From Escherichia coli (GTDB lineage: Bacteria; Pseudomonadota; Gammaproteobacteria; Enterobacterales; Enterobacteriaceae), in NCBI RefSeq assembly GCF_003790525.1, contig NZ_CP033635.1: a DNA stretch of 64,000 bases. The stretch is one strand, 5' to 3'. The translations under genes were made by a program, and so were the position numbers. A model generated the notes under the pieces. The model was not told the DNA's origin. It saw only the letters and a list, made by a program, of their open reading frames with translations, and searched no databases. Numbering within the stretch: the first letter of the stretch is position 1; the number at the start of each line of letters is the position of its first letter. This document shows, one piece after another, positions 28,844 through 43,404 of this stretch.

Positions 28844-29902
28844 TTATTTGCGCAAGGCCCGGCAAATCAGATTCGATAGCAACTCAAGCTGATGCGCCGT
28901 TTCCATGTTCAGCCACACATAACCATAGATTGGTGTTTCCACAACCTTCAGGTCATGGTGGTTATTAAGCAACAGACGCAGCTCTTCCACAGCATCGTTC
29001 AATTTTTCCGTATTGGCAAAAACCGGCTGCGGATTACCTTCGTACAGCGCATGAACAAGGCTCAGCAGTATTTGCTGCATCATGTGCTGGGTATCACGAA
29101 GTTTTTGCGCGTTCAATAACACGAAATGGCTGGGGCGCGTGGCCCAGTATGCATTGATTTGCAACTCCAGCATACAAACCAGATTGCGGTTAATGGTCTG
29201 GATACCTTCATATATCGATTTTGGAATACGGGTTTCTTTGCTGGCGGGCGCAATCAGCCCACGCATTTTCACGGCATCGGTCAGCAGTTTTTGTAGATGG
29301 CTTTCCAGACGTGGGCGTTCGAGTAAGTTCGGTGAGAATGCAGATTGATAGACCCGATTATACTCGGTCAGACTTTTCGCCAGTTGAATGCGCCAGTGGA
29401 TGAACGCCCGTTGTGGCCAGATACCGGTAAACAACATTGCCAGTAAAGAGCCGAGGATCACATCGCCGCTTCGCCATAACGCCGTATCAATTTCACCTGT
29501 CGGGGAACCCACAACAATTGCCAGCGTCACCCCAATCAATAATCCTTGATACGGTTTCTTGCCCAGCGCCAGCCAACCGCAAAGAAACATCGCCGCCGCG
29601 CACCAGACTAACATCAGCGGTAACGAAATTAACTCCAGTTGCAGAGCGATAAGACCTAAAATCGAACCCAACACCGTACCGCCAATACGTTCGAAGGCAC
29701 GAGGGACAACGTTCCCCCAGAACGAGATTGGCCCCATAATCACCACCATGGTGACCAGCGGCCAGGTGCTTTCCGGGATAGTAAACAGGCGGATAATGAG
29801 AAAAGTGAGCAGGAATGCCAGCGCGACCCGAGTACCATGCACAATGCGGTAATGGCGGTATACCCGGATTTCAAACGGGCTTAATGACTTATCGGCACGC
29901 AC
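28844..29902 (-). CDS. yeeA: Inner-membrane protein YeeA
   Basis: 352-aa polytopic membrane protein in the conserved position between yeeX and sbmC. Confidence 0.85.
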   Translation of the reverse strand: MRADKSLSPFEIRVYRHYRIVHGTRVALAFLLTFLIIRLFTIPESTWPLVTMVVIMGPISFWGNVVPRAFERIGGTVLGSILGLIALQLELISLPLMLVWCAAAMFLCGWLALGKKPYQGLLIGVTLAIVVGSPTGEIDTALWRSGDVILGSLLAMLFTGIWPQRAFIHWRIQLAKSLTEYNRVYQSAFSPNLLERPRLESHLQKLLTDAVKMRGLIAPASKETRIPKSIYEGIQTINRNLVCMLELQINAYWATRPSHFVLLNAQKLRDTQHMMQQILLSLVHALYEGNPQPVFANTEKLNDAVEELRLLLNNHHDLKVVETPIYGYVWLNMETAHQLELLSNLICRALRK

Positions 29903-30099
29903 GCAGAAACTCCGTAATGAAGATTAAAAGCGCTCATAACACATCTGTCGGCCAGAAGGCGCGCCTCTGAGTTATCCGACGGACATACCGGGAACAGTGT
30001 AATTTCCCGGCAGGAGCGAAAAATTTGAAAGGCGCATCTTACTCTTTTCGCTTTCAAAAAAAGAGTGGTCTTCGCGTCAACACACCGCCCTGAGATGAA

Positions 30100-30573
30100 T
30101 TAGTGATGTTTTGGCTGCACCGCAACATACATTTCGATATCCCAGTACCCATCTTCCGCGCCATTGTTCAAGTAAACCTCGAAGCAGGGCTTTGGTAACA
30201 TTTCATAGGCACTGTCCTGCAAGAGGCTATTAAAGAACTGATACCAGGGTTTAGCAAAATCATCACCGACTACACGAGCCACCGCCACCGCATACTGACC
30301 ACCTGAAATTTCTGTCAGAATGACGCCCTCACTGTTTTCGGGGAGCGTAAAGTTATTCGGCACCGTCACGACGGTGTCGCAGCGTAATTTTTCGGCGGGT
30401 GTTTCATCTGGATTGTCGTAATAGACAGCAACCCACTCCTTCGGCACAATATTTTTGCTATCTATCCACATCATCAACTGCTCAAAGCCTTTCTTTACCG
30501 TCTGTTCCCACGGGCCAACGAGATGGAAACCTGCAACGGTACGTTTATCTTCCTGCTTAATCTCGTAGTTCAT
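30100..30573 (-). CDS. sbmC: DNA gyrase inhibitor SbmC (GyrI)
   Basis: 157 aa [38 protein letters not shown]... matches SbmC as recalled. Confidence 0.9.
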   Translation of the reverse strand: MNYEIKQEDKRTVAGFHLVGPWEQTVKKGFEQLMMWIDSKNIVPKEWVAVYYDNPDETPAEKLRCDTVVTVPNNFTLPENSEGVILTEISGGQYAVAVARVVGDDFAKPWYQFFNSLLQDSAYEMLPKPCFEVYLNNGAEDGYWDIEMYVAVQPKHH

Positions 30574-30691
30574 GACGCCCCCATTAATACTGTTTTTATA
30601 TACAGTATAGTTGCAATATTAAAACCACAAGGAATGAGTGTTGATTATGCGAGCAGACTCGCACTCCTGCCAGTCTGCTGCAAAAGAAAGG

Positions 30692-31864
30692 TCAGGCCTT
30701 ATGGTGGAAATAATCACTCAGCCGGGAAAACATGCTGCCTTCCCCGACAGATTCCAGGGTAACCAGCGGCCAGTGCGCCACCTGTTTATCACGGTCGTAA
30801 AGTTCAATTTCCCCTACCCGCTGATGGGCGCTAATTGGCGCGGTGAGTTCTTTACCATCAAGGGTATATTTGGCTTTGATATGTGGAATTTCGGCTTTCG
30901 GTAGCACCATCCAGAACTCTTGTTCCGTTCCCAGGGCGATATTTTCTTTATCGCCATACCAGATGCGTTCCGTACCAACCTTTTTCCCACGGTGCAAAAT
31001 TTGCACCGTAGTAAAGTTTTGTTGACCCCAACGCAGTAATTTTCTTGCCTCTTCCTCACGACCTTTTGCGCTGTCAGCCCCCATTACCACTGCAATGAGA
31101 CGACGCTGCCCATCTACAGCCGAAGCAATGAGATTAAACCCGGCACCAGAAGTATGACCCGTTTTCAGGCCGTCAACATTCATGGTTTTATCCCACAATA
31201 ACCCGTTACGGTTTTGCTGGGTGATACCGTTCCAGGTGAGGCTTTTCTCACTGTACATATGATAAAACTCGGGCTCGCCGTGGATGATAGCGCGAGAAAG
31301 CACAGCTAAATCATAAGCCGAGCTATGCTGGCCAGGTGCATCCAGACCATGCACTGTTTCAAAATGCGTATCCTTGAGATGCAGCTTCTCGGCATAGTTG
31401 TTCATCATTTCAACAAACTGCCGTTGCCCACCGGCAATATAGTCAGCCAGTGCAACACAAGCGTCATTTCCGGAATCCACAATTAAACCACGGCTTAAAT
31501 CACGTACCGATACGCGATCGCCCTCTTTCAAAAACATCAGTGAAGAACCGACAAACACCGGATTATCTTTCGCCCACGCATCACGCCCCACGGTGACAAT
31601 ATCGTCTGGCGTAATGCGATGACTATCGATAGCACGATCCACGACATAGCCCGTCATCAGCTTTGTCAGGCTGGCGGGATTGCGCTGTTGATGCTCATTA
31701 CCCGCGGTGAGAATCTGACCGGTGGTGTAATCCATCAATACCCAGGACCCGGCATGAATCTCTGGAGGCTGAGGTGAAAAAGGAATGTTTTCCGCCGCAA
31801 AACCAGACGATAAATTAAAAACGAACAAAGAAGCAGCAATAATAAGACGGCGTTTCAACAGCAA
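30692..31864 (-). CDS. dacD: D-alanyl-D-alanine carboxypeptidase DacD (PBP6b)
   Basis: 390 aa with signal peptide and penicillin-binding-protein pattern; conserved position. Confidence 0.9.
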   Translation of the reverse strand: MLLKRRLIIAASLFVFNLSSGFAAENIPFSPQPPEIHAGSWVLMDYTTGQILTAGNEHQQRNPASLTKLMTGYVVDRAIDSHRITPDDIVTVGRDAWAKDNPVFVGSSLMFLKEGDRVSVRDLSRGLIVDSGNDACVALADYIAGGQRQFVEMMNNYAEKLHLKDTHFETVHGLDAPGQHSSAYDLAVLSRAIIHGEPEFYHMYSEKSLTWNGITQQNRNGLLWDKTMNVDGLKTGHTSGAGFNLIASAVDGQRRLIAVVMGADSAKGREEEARKLLRWGQQNFTTVQILHRGKKVGTERIWYGDKENIALGTEQEFWMVLPKAEIPHIKAKYTLDGKELTAPISAHQRVGEIELYDRDKQVAHWPLVTLESVGEGSMFSRLSDYFHHKA

Positions 31865-32066
31865 ACCCTCAGGTGTTTCAAATAGCTGTTCTTTTTACGG
31901 AAATACTTATGAACTGGCTGGAATAAAGTGCAAGAAAATGTGACTACTATCTCATTTTTATCTGACATGATCTGTTGCCACTCGCTGCCAAATTGTCGCG
32001 CTAAAGCTGATTAGCACGGTGATATTTGATACTCTGGCAGACAGCAGAAATAACGGATTTAACCTA

Positions 32067-33494
32067 ATGATGAATGACGGTAAGCAACAATCTACCTTTT
32101 TGTTTCACGATTACGAAACCTTTGGAACGCACCCCGCGTTAGATCGCCCTGCACAGTTCGCAGCCATTCGCACTGATAACGAATTCAATGTCATCGGCGA
32201 ACCCGAAGTCTTTTACTGCAAGCCCGCGGATGACTATTTACCCCAGCCTGGAGCAGTATTAATTACCGGTATTACCCCGCAGGAAGCACGGGCGAAAGGA
32301 GAAAACGAAGCCGCGTTTGCCGCCCGTATTCACTCGCTTTTTACCGTACCGAAGACCTGTATTCTGGGCTACAACAATGTGCGTTTCGACGATGAAGTCA
32401 CACGCAACGTTTTTTATCGTAATTTCTACGATCCTTACGCCTGGAGCTGGCAGCATGATAACTCGCGCTGGGATTTACTGGATGTTATGCGTGCCTGTTA
32501 TGCCCTGCGCCCGGAAGGAATAAACTGGCCTGAAAATGATGACGGTCTACCGAGCTTTCGCCTTGAGCATTTAACCAAAGCGAATGGTATTGAACATAGC
32601 AACGCCCACGATGCGATGGCTGATGTGTACGCCACTATTGCGATGGCGAAACTGGTAAAAACGCGTCAGCCACGCCTGTTTGATTATCTCTTTACCCATC
32701 GTAATAAACACAAACTGATGGCGTTGATTGATGTTCCGCAGATGAAACCCCTGGTTCACGTTTCCGGAATGTTTGGGGCATGGCGTGGCAATACCAGCTG
32801 GGTGGCACCGCTGGCGTGGCATCCTGAAAATCGCAATGCCGTAATTATGGTGGATTTGGCAGGAGACATTTCACCATTACTGGAGCTGGATAGCGACACA
32901 TTGCGCGAGCGTTTATATACCGCAAAAGCCGATCTTGGCGATAACGCCGCCGTTCCGGTTAAGCTGGTGCATATCAATAAATGTCCGGTACTGGCCCAGG
33001 CGAATACGCTACGCCCGGAAGACGCTGAGCGTTTAGGGATTGCTCGTCAACACTGCCTGGATAACCTGAAAGTGTTGCGCGAAAACCCGCAAGTACGCGA
33101 CAAAGTTGTGGCAATTTTTGCAGAAGCTGAACCGTTTACACCATCAGATAATGTAGATGCACAGCTTTATAATGGCTTTTTTAGCGACGCCGATCGTGCA
33201 GCAATGAAAATCGTGCTGGAGACTGAACCGCGTAATTTACCGGCTCTGGATATCACCTTTGTTGATAAGCGTATCGAGAAACTCCTGTTCAACTACCGCG
33301 CCCGCAACTTCCCCGGCACGTTAGATGACAACGAGCAGCAACGCTGGCTTGAGCACCGCCGCCAGGTCTTCACACCCGAGTTTTTACAAGGCTATGCAGA
33401 AGAGATTCAGATGCTGGCGCAGCTGTATGCCGACGATAAAGAAAAAGTGGCGCTGTTAAAAGCGCTTTGGCAGTACGCGGAAGAGATTGTCTAA
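32067..33494 (+). CDS. sbcB: Exodeoxyribonuclease I (SbcB)
   Basis: 475 aa from MMNDGKQQSTFLFHDYETFGT; DEDDh exonuclease motifs. Confidence 0.9.
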   Translation: MMNDGKQQSTFLFHDYETFGTHPALDRPAQFAAIRTDNEFNVIGEPEVFYCKPADDYLPQPGAVLITGITPQEARAKGENEAAFAARIHSLFTVPKTCILGYNNVRFDDEVTRNVFYRNFYDPYAWSWQHDNSRWDLLDVMRACYALRPEGINWPENDDGLPSFRLEHLTKANGIEHSNAHDAMADVYATIAMAKLVKTRQPRLFDYLFTHRNKHKLMALIDVPQMKPLVHVSGMFGAWRGNTSWVAPLAWHPENRNAVIMVDLAGDISPLLELDSDTLRERLYTAKADLGDNAAVPVKLVHINKCPVLAQANTLRPEDAERLGIARQHCLDNLKVLRENPQVRDKVVAIFAEAEPFTPSDNVDAQLYNGFFSDADRAAMKIVLETEPRNLPALDITFVDKRIEKLLFNYRARNFPGTLDDNEQQRWLEHRRQVFTPEFLQGYAEEIQMLAQLYADDKEKVALLKALWQYAEEIV

Positions 33495-33501
33495 TGTGAA
33501 G

Positions 33502-33525
33502 CCTCCGCCGCTGGTACGGCGGAGG
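33502..33525. terminator. Hairpin between convergent sbcB and yeeD
   Basis: cctccgccg-ctggta-cggcggagg perfect inverted repeat. Confidence 0.45.
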
Positions 33526-33536
33526 ACAATTTTGAG

Positions 33537-33764
33537 TCAGGCTTTTTGAACGGTGATGCTCCACGCTGCATCGCCAATCTGCTGATAATCGGTGATGGCA
33601 TGTCCTTCTTCTGCCGCCCACTGTGGGATTGCTTCAGTTGCCTGGGTGCAATCAAACTCAATTACCAACTCATCGCCGCTGGCCATTTCTGCCAGTGCTG
33701 CTTTTGCTTCTATGAGTGGAAACGGACAGACCTGCGTCACCACATCCAGCTTTTTAATCGCCAT
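33537..33764 (-). CDS. yeeD: TusA-like sulfurtransferase YeeD
   Basis: 75 aa with CPFP motif (VVTQVCPFPLIEAK). Confidence 0.85.
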   Translation of the reverse strand: MAIKKLDVVTQVCPFPLIEAKAALAEMASGDELVIEFDCTQATEAIPQWAAEEGHAITDYQQIGDAAWSITVQKA

Positions 33765-33777
33765 CTTTACACCTTAC

Positions 33778-34836
33778 TTAATTTGCCGCAGCAGTTGCCA
33801 GTCGCGCCTTACGCTGCGGTCGAACATACACAAGCCAGGACGCAGTCCAGACTCCGAGAATCATAAATACAAGGCCAATCCAGCCCTGCCAGGTCATCAT
33901 TGCAGTCATGACCAGTCCATTACCGATAGAGCAACCACCTGCAATGCTGGCACCGAAGCCCATCAGTACACCACCTAACCCGCTACGTAATGTTGTTTGT
34001 GCATCAGCAGCGCGAACGCGGAACTCACGGCTCGCTTTGGCGGCAATAAATGACCCCACGAAGCTCCCTAACACCAGGAAAACGCCCCAGTTAATGTATT
34101 TCACGTCACCCGCGACCAGAAATTGCAGAATATTGGCCGTTGGGGAAGTGATGCCTAACCCAAACATACGTCCGGTTGCTTCACTCAGGGGCCAGGCTAA
34201 AAGCGCAATCAAACCGATGAGTACAGCTGTGACAAAGGGATGCCAGCGTTTTTCAAACAGAATATGAGCGATCCCGGTTCGGCGCGGCGGTAAGGTCGCG
34301 ACTTTGAGTTTTGGCTTCTTCAACTCTTTCATCACCACCCAGAGCGTTATCACCAGCAAAACGGCAACCAACGGCCACACAGACAAATTAAAAGTATCAG
34401 CAATAGAGTTATGTTCAGTAGTGTAGTGCTGCAAGGTTTGATTTAAACCACTGGCGTGTGGAGAACGCATCACCGCACTCATCACCATATAAGTGAAAAG
34501 CGCGATCCAACTGCCGATCAATCCCTCACCCGCGCGATACCAGGTCCCGGTGGCACATCCACCCGCCAGAACAATTCCCAGCCCGAAAAGATACCCACCT
34601 ATAACAGTACCAAGCCACGGGAACGCCCCGGCTTCGTAAGTCAGTAGGCCCGCCTGAATTAACGCAAAAACCCCCACGCTTTGTACCGAAATTGCAATCA
34701 GCAAGGCGTAAAACATGCGATTATTTTTCGCGACATACATATCGCGAAAACCACCTGTCAGGCAAAAACGCCCACGCTGCATGACAAATCCCAGCAGAGC
34801 ACCACAAATTAGCCCGCTTAATATCATTGAAAACAT
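33778..34836 (-). CDS. yeeE: Thiosulfate transporter YeeE (TsuA family)
   Basis: 352-aa polytopic membrane protein immediately upstream of yeeD. Confidence 0.85.
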   Translation of the reverse strand: MFSMILSGLICGALLGFVMQRGRFCLTGGFRDMYVAKNNRMFYALLIAISVQSVGVFALIQAGLLTYEAGAFPWLGTVIGGYLFGLGIVLAGGCATGTWYRAGEGLIGSWIALFTYMVMSAVMRSPHASGLNQTLQHYTTEHNSIADTFNLSVWPLVAVLLVITLWVVMKELKKPKLKVATLPPRRTGIAHILFEKRWHPFVTAVLIGLIALLAWPLSEATGRMFGLGITSPTANILQFLVAGDVKYINWGVFLVLGSFVGSFIAAKASREFRVRAADAQTTLRSGLGGVLMGFGASIAGGCSIGNGLVMTAMMTWQGWIGLVFMILGVWTASWLVYVRPQRKARLATAAAN

Positions 34837-35014
34837 AAATTAATTAACCAGATGAATGTTAATAAGGAAATTATTCATGACTGGTGGAATGCAGACCAAT
34901 AACCAAATTCTCTAAATTAGAACAAATGGTTATTAATGAGGATTTCGATAAAAAAGAATAAAAAAACCGGAGCCAAATATTCATTCGACTCCGGTTGATT
35001 ATTAGAAAAGATGA

Positions 35015-36373
35015 TTATGCTACGTCTTCGTACTGCGGAACCGGGTTACGGAAGCTCTTGGTTACGCATGCCAGGTAAATCAGGCCGATAGCAGCCCAGA
35101 TCAGACCCAGAACCATTGAGCTTTCTTCCAGGTTAACCCACAGCGCACCAACGGTCAGCGCACCACACATCGGCAGGAACAGATACTGGAAGTGATCTTT
35201 CAGCGTCTTGTTACGCTTCTCACGGATCCAGAACTGCGAGATGACCGACAGGTTAACGAAGGTGAACGCCACCAACGCACCAAAGTTAATCAGCGCCGTT
35301 GCCATTACCAGGTCAAAGTTGATTGCCAGCAGGGCAATCGCGCCAACCAGGATGATATTCATCGCCGGAGTACGCCATTTCGGGTGTACATAACCGAAGA
35401 AGCTTTTCGGGAACACGCCGTCACGACCCATTACGTACATCAGACGCGCAACGCCTGCGTGCGCCGCCATACCGGACGCCAGTACGGTAATGGTGGAGAA
35501 GATCAGCGCGCCAACCTGGAACGCTTTACCCGCAACGTACAGCATGATTTCAGGCTGTGACGCATCCGGATCTTTAAAGCGAGAGATATCCGGGAAGTAC
35601 AGCTGCAGGAAGTAAGTTGCAAAGATGAAGATCATGCCGCCAATCAGCGCGGTCAGGAAAATCGCACGCGGGATCACGCGCTCTGCATCTTTGGTTTCTT
35701 CCGACAGGTTGCTGATGCCGTCAAAGCCGGTAAAGGAGAAGCACAGGATTGTCGCCCCGGTAATCATCGGGATAACATGCGCATCGCCAGACCAGAACGG
35801 ACGAGTGCTCGCCAGCGTACCCGCTCCTTCACCTTCAAATACGCCATAAACAACCATGCCCAGGATCACCGCGATCAGCACTACCTGCAACACGACGATT
35901 ACAGTGTTGAAGTTCGCTACGGATTTCAGACTACGCAGGTTAAAGGCGGTCATAAAGGCCACCAGCGCCACCACAAACATCCACGATGGAATGGAAGGCA
36001 CCAGAGCTTCAAAATAGATTTTCGCCAGCAGAATGTTGATCATCGGCGCGAACAGATAGTCGAGCAGAGAAGACCAACCCACCATAAAGCCGACAGTCGG
36101 GCTAATGGATTTCTGGGCGTAAGTGTATGCAGAGCCAGCAGAAGGATAGCGGCGGACCAGCTTCCCGTAGCTCAGAGCCGTAAACAGGATCGCAATCAAT
36201 GCGAACGCATAGGCTGTCGGCACATGACCATCCGTGAGGCCTGAAACGATACCAAAAGTATCAAACAGCGTCATCGGCTGCATATAGGCAAGACCCATCA
36301 TTACAACCGGAACTAACGTAAGCGTTTTACGCAATTCCACGCGAGAGGTGTTTGGAGTAACGTTATGCGACAT
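35015..36373 (-). CDS. plaP: Putrescine importer PlaP (YeeF)
   Basis: APC-family permease; start set at [16 protein letters not shown] as in K-12. Confidence 0.9.
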   Translation of the reverse strand: MSHNVTPNTSRVELRKTLTLVPVVMMGLAYMQPMTLFDTFGIVSGLTDGHVPTAYAFALIAILFTALSYGKLVRRYPSAGSAYTYAQKSISPTVGFMVGWSSLLDYLFAPMINILLAKIYFEALVPSIPSWMFVVALVAFMTAFNLRSLKSVANFNTVIVVLQVVLIAVILGMVVYGVFEGEGAGTLASTRPFWSGDAHVIPMITGATILCFSFTGFDGISNLSEETKDAERVIPRAIFLTALIGGMIFIFATYFLQLYFPDISRFKDPDASQPEIMLYVAGKAFQVGALIFSTITVLASGMAAHAGVARLMYVMGRDGVFPKSFFGYVHPKWRTPAMNIILVGAIALLAINFDLVMATALINFGALVAFTFVNLSVISQFWIREKRNKTLKDHFQYLFLPMCGALTVGALWVNLEESSMVLGLIWAAIGLIYLACVTKSFRNPVPQYEDVA

Positions 36374-36639
36374 GGTCATTCTCCTTTACGGTGATAACCG
36401 TCGCGTAAGCAAAAAATTGCCCCATTTTTTTGGATTCCTCAGCGACAACAACTGTCGATTTTTAGTAAATATCTATCCGGTACGAAGCCCGGCCTCTTGG
36501 TATGAATGATTGGTTTGAAGCAAAAAATAACCGACGCTGATGAAACGTCGGTTTTTAGTCATTTTTTGACAGCGGCGCATTGTGCCTAAATGGGGGGGAA
36601 ATGACAAGAGAATGAGAGGCTTGTCATAATAATTTTTCT

Positions 36640-37569
36640 TTAAATGGCTGATTTTCCGTCATCAGATTTTGCATAAACACCGGCGATCGCACTATTTGCT
36701 AAAATTTCATCCCGCCACCAGCCGCTGGCAAGCCCTGCGGTCTGTTCATTCCAGCCAATCCAGACGGGTTCAAAGAGAGTTTGGGCGACCACTTTCTTCT
36801 CGATTAACGCGCCACTATCGAGAAAACGTTGCGCCAGATAACGGGGTAAATAGCCGCAGCCGAGGCCGCTAATTTGCAGCTCCAGCTTGGTTTTAAAATC
36901 GAAAACGGTAATGGCTTCTTGTTCGTCGAGAAGTTGTGAGGCCGTAGAAGCGCCTGCCTGCGCAGTGTCCCCCACCACAATCGCCCGATATCGCTTAATG
37001 ATACGACGGTTTAACGGCTCTTCTTCCTGGGCTAACGGATGATGAGGCGCGACCGCAAAGACTTGTTCCAGATCGCCCAACCGCGAGAAACCAAATTCAC
37101 TGGAAGATGGTGGCTCATGCATCGCGCCAACAATAATATCCGCTCGCCCCTGAGTCAGGGCATCCCAGGAACCACCGAGTACGCCATTGATAAACTTCAG
37201 GCGCGTCACGCTATGATGTTGATAAAAAGCTTCAATCAGTGGCGCAAGCAGAGAAAAAGGAAACGTGTCGTCCACGCCAATCACCAGCTCGTTTTCCCAG
37301 CCTTCATGCAGTTTGATCGCCTGCTTTTCCAGTTCCCGCACGGTATGCAGAACTTCCCGCCCTTTCTCTAATAACATTTTTCCGGTGCGGGTGAATTTAG
37401 CGCGGTGACCGCTACGATCAAGCAATTGAATATTAAGGTCGCTTTCCAGCTTGTGAACGGTGTAACTCAGAGCGGACGGCGTCTTGTAGAGTTTGGCCGA
37501 CGCCGCCGCAAAACTGCCTTCTTTTTCTAAGGCATCGAGGATCATCAACACATCCAGCAGTGGTTTCAT
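36640..37569 (-). CDS. yeeY: LysR-family transcriptional regulator YeeY
   Basis: N-terminal HTH and LysR substrate-binding region; start set at MKPLLDVLMILD. Confidence 0.85.
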   Translation of the reverse strand: MKPLLDVLMILDALEKEGSFAAASAKLYKTPSALSYTVHKLESDLNIQLLDRSGHRAKFTRTGKMLLEKGREVLHTVRELEKQAIKLHEGWENELVIGVDDTFPFSLLAPLIEAFYQHHSVTRLKFINGVLGGSWDALTQGRADIIVGAMHEPPSSSEFGFSRLGDLEQVFAVAPHHPLAQEEEPLNRRIIKRYRAIVVGDTAQAGASTASQLLDEQEAITVFDFKTKLELQISGLGCGYLPRYLAQRFLDSGALIEKKVVAQTLFEPVWIGWNEQTAGLASGWWRDEILANSAIAGVYAKSDDGKSAI

Positions 37570-37614
37570 ACACGCCCCCTTGCAGTGCATGCGGCGTCCT
37601 GCTGGCGTGATCGT

Positions 37615-38439
37615 TTACTCCAGCGGCATTACCAGCGGATCGGGATACTGGTATTCAAACCCCAGTTCATTACAAATCCGACTGCCATCAATAATCTTAC
37701 CTTTGCCGCTGTCCAGACTATTTCTGAACTGCGGAGGTTCCAGCCCCAGTAAACGGGCCATCTGCGGATAGAAAACATTACGCGCAGGGTGAGCTGGCGC
37801 ACATATATTATAGATGTGTCCGCCTTTAGGTGCCTGTAACAACAGAGTGATAGCGCCAATAACATCTTCTAAATGGACTAAATTAACACCATGTTCACCA
37901 TCAGGCGCGGTTTTTCCGGCAAAGAAGCGTCCGGGATGACGTCCCGGTCCGACAAGGCCCGCAAGACGCAGAATATCGACCGAAGTACCGGGTAAATTGT
38001 GCAGCCAGTCTTCGAGTTCTTCTAATACTCTTCCACTGTTGGTTACCGGATTACGCGGGGTAGTTTCTTTCACCGTGCCTTGCGCGTCGCCATAGACAGA
38101 CGTTGAGCTGGTGAAAATAATGCGGGGAATACGATGAGCCAGCGCGCTATCCACTAACTCTTGTACCGCTTGTAAATAGAACTCATCGCCGGGGCCGCTA
38201 CGACGTGCCGGAAGCGTAATGACCAGCGCATCGGCATCCATCAGGGCATCCAGATCGTCAGAATCGCAAACTAACTCAGGCTCCATGCGAAGCAGATAGC
38301 TATCAATGCCACTCATTCGGGCCGCTTCGACACCATCTTGTGTGGTTTTACTCCCGGTGACTTGCCAGCCTCGCGCTGAAAGTGACATCGCCAGCGGCAT
38401 GCCTAACCACCCTAACCCGACAATTGCGACCTTTTTCAT
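37615..38439 (-). CDS. yeeZ: NAD-dependent epimerase/dehydratase-family protein YeeZ
   Basis: 274 aa with Rossmann motif VGLGWLGMPLA. Confidence 0.85.
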   Translation of the reverse strand: MKKVAIVGLGWLGMPLAMSLSARGWQVTGSKTTQDGVEAARMSGIDSYLLRMEPELVCDSDDLDALMDADALVITLPARRSGPGDEFYLQAVQELVDSALAHRIPRIIFTSSTSVYGDAQGTVKETTPRNPVTNSGRVLEELEDWLHNLPGTSVDILRLAGLVGPGRHPGRFFAGKTAPDGEHGVNLVHLEDVIGAITLLLQAPKGGHIYNICAPAHPARNVFYPQMARLLGLEPPQFRNSLDSGKGKIIDGSRICNELGFEYQYPDPLVMPLE

Positions 38440-38865
38440 CCGTTATCTCCTGATACACCTAAGATCTATAAGGCTACGCTAGCGTATCAAAACTGACAAT
38501 TCATTCTATGAATGAAATCGAAACGGTTAGCAAATATACCATTGCCTGATGCGCTCCGCTTATCAGTCCTACAAAAACATCAATATATTGAATTTACGCA
38601 ACATTTGTAGACCAGATAAGGCATTCACGCCGCATCCGGCAGGAACAAAGCCCACTTTAGTTACAGAACACAATGTTCTTGAGGGTTTTAAAGACATATT
38701 TTCACGATTTCTTTTCTAACGTAGTCACTCCAGGCCCCCTCCTTTCCCCGCTCATTCATTAAACAAATCCATTGCCATAAAATATATAAAAAAGCCCTTG
38801 CTTTCTAACGTGAAAGTGGTTTAGGTTAAAAGACATCAGTTGAATAAACATTCACAGAGACTTTT

Positions 38866-38916
38866 ATGACACGCGTTCAATTTAAACACCACCATCATCA
38901 CCATCATCCTGACTAG
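38866..38916 (+). CDS. hisL: his operon leader peptide
   Basis: MTRVQFKHHHHHHHPD with seven consecutive His codons. Confidence 0.9.
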   Translation: MTRVQFKHHHHHHHPD

Positions 38917-38979
38917 TCTTTCAGGCGATGTGTGCTGGAAGACATTCAGATCTTCCAGTGGTGCATGAACGCATGAGAA

Positions 38980-39016
38980 AGCCCCCGGAAGATCACCTTC
39001 CGGGGGCTTTTTTATT
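38980..39016 (+). terminator. his attenuator terminator
   Basis: agcccccggaag-atcac-cttccgggggct hairpin followed by a T tract, between hisL and hisG. Confidence 0.8.
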
Positions 39017-39061
39017 GCGCGGTTGATAACGGTTCAGACAGGTTTAAAGAGGAATAACAAA

Positions 39062-39961
39062 ATGACAGACAACACTCGTTTACGCATAGCTATGCAGAAA
39101 TCCGGCCGTTTAAGTGATGATTCACGCGAATTGCTGGCGCGCTGTGGCATTAAAATCAATCTTCACACCCAGCGCCTGATCGCGATGGCAGAAAACATGC
39201 CGATTGATATTCTGCGCGTGCGTGACGACGACATTCCCGGTCTGGTAATGGATGGCGTGGTAGACCTTGGGATTATCGGCGAAAACGTGCTGGAAGAAGA
39301 GCTGCTTAACCGCCGCGCCCAGGGTGAAGATCCGCGCTACTTTACCCTGCGTCGTCTGGATTTTGGCGGCTGCCGACTTTCACTGGCAACGCCGGTTGAT
39401 GAAGCCTGGGACGGCCCGCTCTCCTTAAACGGTAAACGTATCGCCACCTCTTATCCTCACCTGCTCAAGCGTTATCTCGACCAGAAAGGCATCTCTTTTA
39501 AATCCTGCTTACTGAACGGTTCTGTTGAAGTCGCCCCGCGTGCCGGACTGGCGGATGCGATTTGCGATCTGGTTTCCACCGGTGCCACGCTGGAAGCAAA
39601 CGGCCTGCGCGAAGTCGAAGTTATCTACCGCTCGAAAGCTTGCCTGATCCAACGCGATGGCGAAATGGAAGAATCCAAACAGCAACTGATCGACAAACTG
39701 CTGACCCGTATTCAGGGTGTGATCCAGGCGCGCGAATCAAAATACATCATGATGCACGCACCGACCGAACGTCTGGATGAAGTCATCGCCCTGCTGCCAG
39801 GTGCCGAACGCCCAACTATTCTGCCGCTGGCGGGTGATCAACAGCGCGTAGCGATGCACATGGTCAGCAGCGAAACCCTGTTCTGGGAAACCATGGAAAA
39901 ACTGAAAGCGCTGGGTGCCAGTTCAATCCTGGTCCTGCCGATTGAGAAGATGATGGAGTGA
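39062..39961 (+). CDS. hisG: ATP phosphoribosyltransferase
   Basis: 299 aa from [17 protein letters not shown]; matches HisG. Confidence 0.95.
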
Positions 39962-39966
39962 TCGCC

Positions 39967-42337
<2,371 letters not shown>

Positions 42338-42338
<1 letters not shown>

Positions 42339-43404
42339 TGAGTCAGAAGTATCTTTTTATCGATCGCGATGGAACCCTGATTAGCGAACCGCCGAGTGAT
42401 TTTCAGGTGGACCGTTTTGACAAACTCGCCTTTGAACCGGGCGTGATCCCGGAACTGCTGAAGCTGCAAAAAGCGGGCTACAAACTGGTGATGATCACTA
42501 ATCAGGATGGTCTGGGAACACAAAGTTTCCCGCAGGCGGATTTTGATGGACCGCACAACCTGATGATGCAGATCTTCACCTCGCAAGGCGTGCAGTTTGA
42601 TGAAGTGCTGATTTGTCCGCACCTGCCCGCAGATGAGTGCGACTGCCGTAAACCGAAAGTAAAACTGGTGGAGCGTTATCTCGCTGAGCAAGCGATGGAT
42701 CGTGCCAACAGTTATGTGATTGGCGATCGCGCGACCGATATTCAACTGGCGGAAAACATGGGTATTAATGGTTTACGCTACGACCGCGAAACCCTGAACT
42801 GGCCGATGATTGGCGAGCAACTCACTAAACGAGACCGTTACGCCCACGTAGTGCGCAACACCAAAGAGACGCAAATTGACGTCCAGGTGTGGCTGGATCG
42901 TGAAGGTGGCAGCAAGATTAACACCGGCGTTGGCTTCTTTGATCACATGCTGGATCAGATCGCCACCCACGGCGGTTTCCGCATGGAAATCAACGTCAAA
43001 GGCGACCTCTATATCGACGATCACCACACCGTCGAAGATACCGGCCTGGCGCTGGGCGAAGCGTTAAAAATTGCCCTCGGCGATAAACGCGGTATTTGTC
43101 GCTTTGGTTTTGTGCTGCCGATGGACGAATGCCTTGCCCGCTGCGCGCTGGATATCTCTGGTCGCCCGCACCTGGAATATAAAGCCGAATTTACCTACCA
43201 GCGCGTGGGCGATCTCAGCACTGAAATGATCGAGCACTTCTTCCGTTCGCTCTCTTACACTATGGGCGTGACGCTACACCTGAAAACCAAAGGTAAAAAC
43301 GATCATCACCGTGTAGAGAGCCTGTTCAAAGCCTTTGGTCGCACCCTGCGCCAGGCCATCCGCGTGGAAGGCGACACCCTGCCCTCGTCAAAAGGAGTGC
43401 TGTA

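Noticed and set aside
35777-36244. 155-aa plus-strand ORF rich in Arg/His/Gln
   Set aside because: Antisense within plaP.
38887-38907. Run of seven His codons as an unusual repeat
   Set aside because: This is the canonical hisL attenuation leader, not a novel feature.
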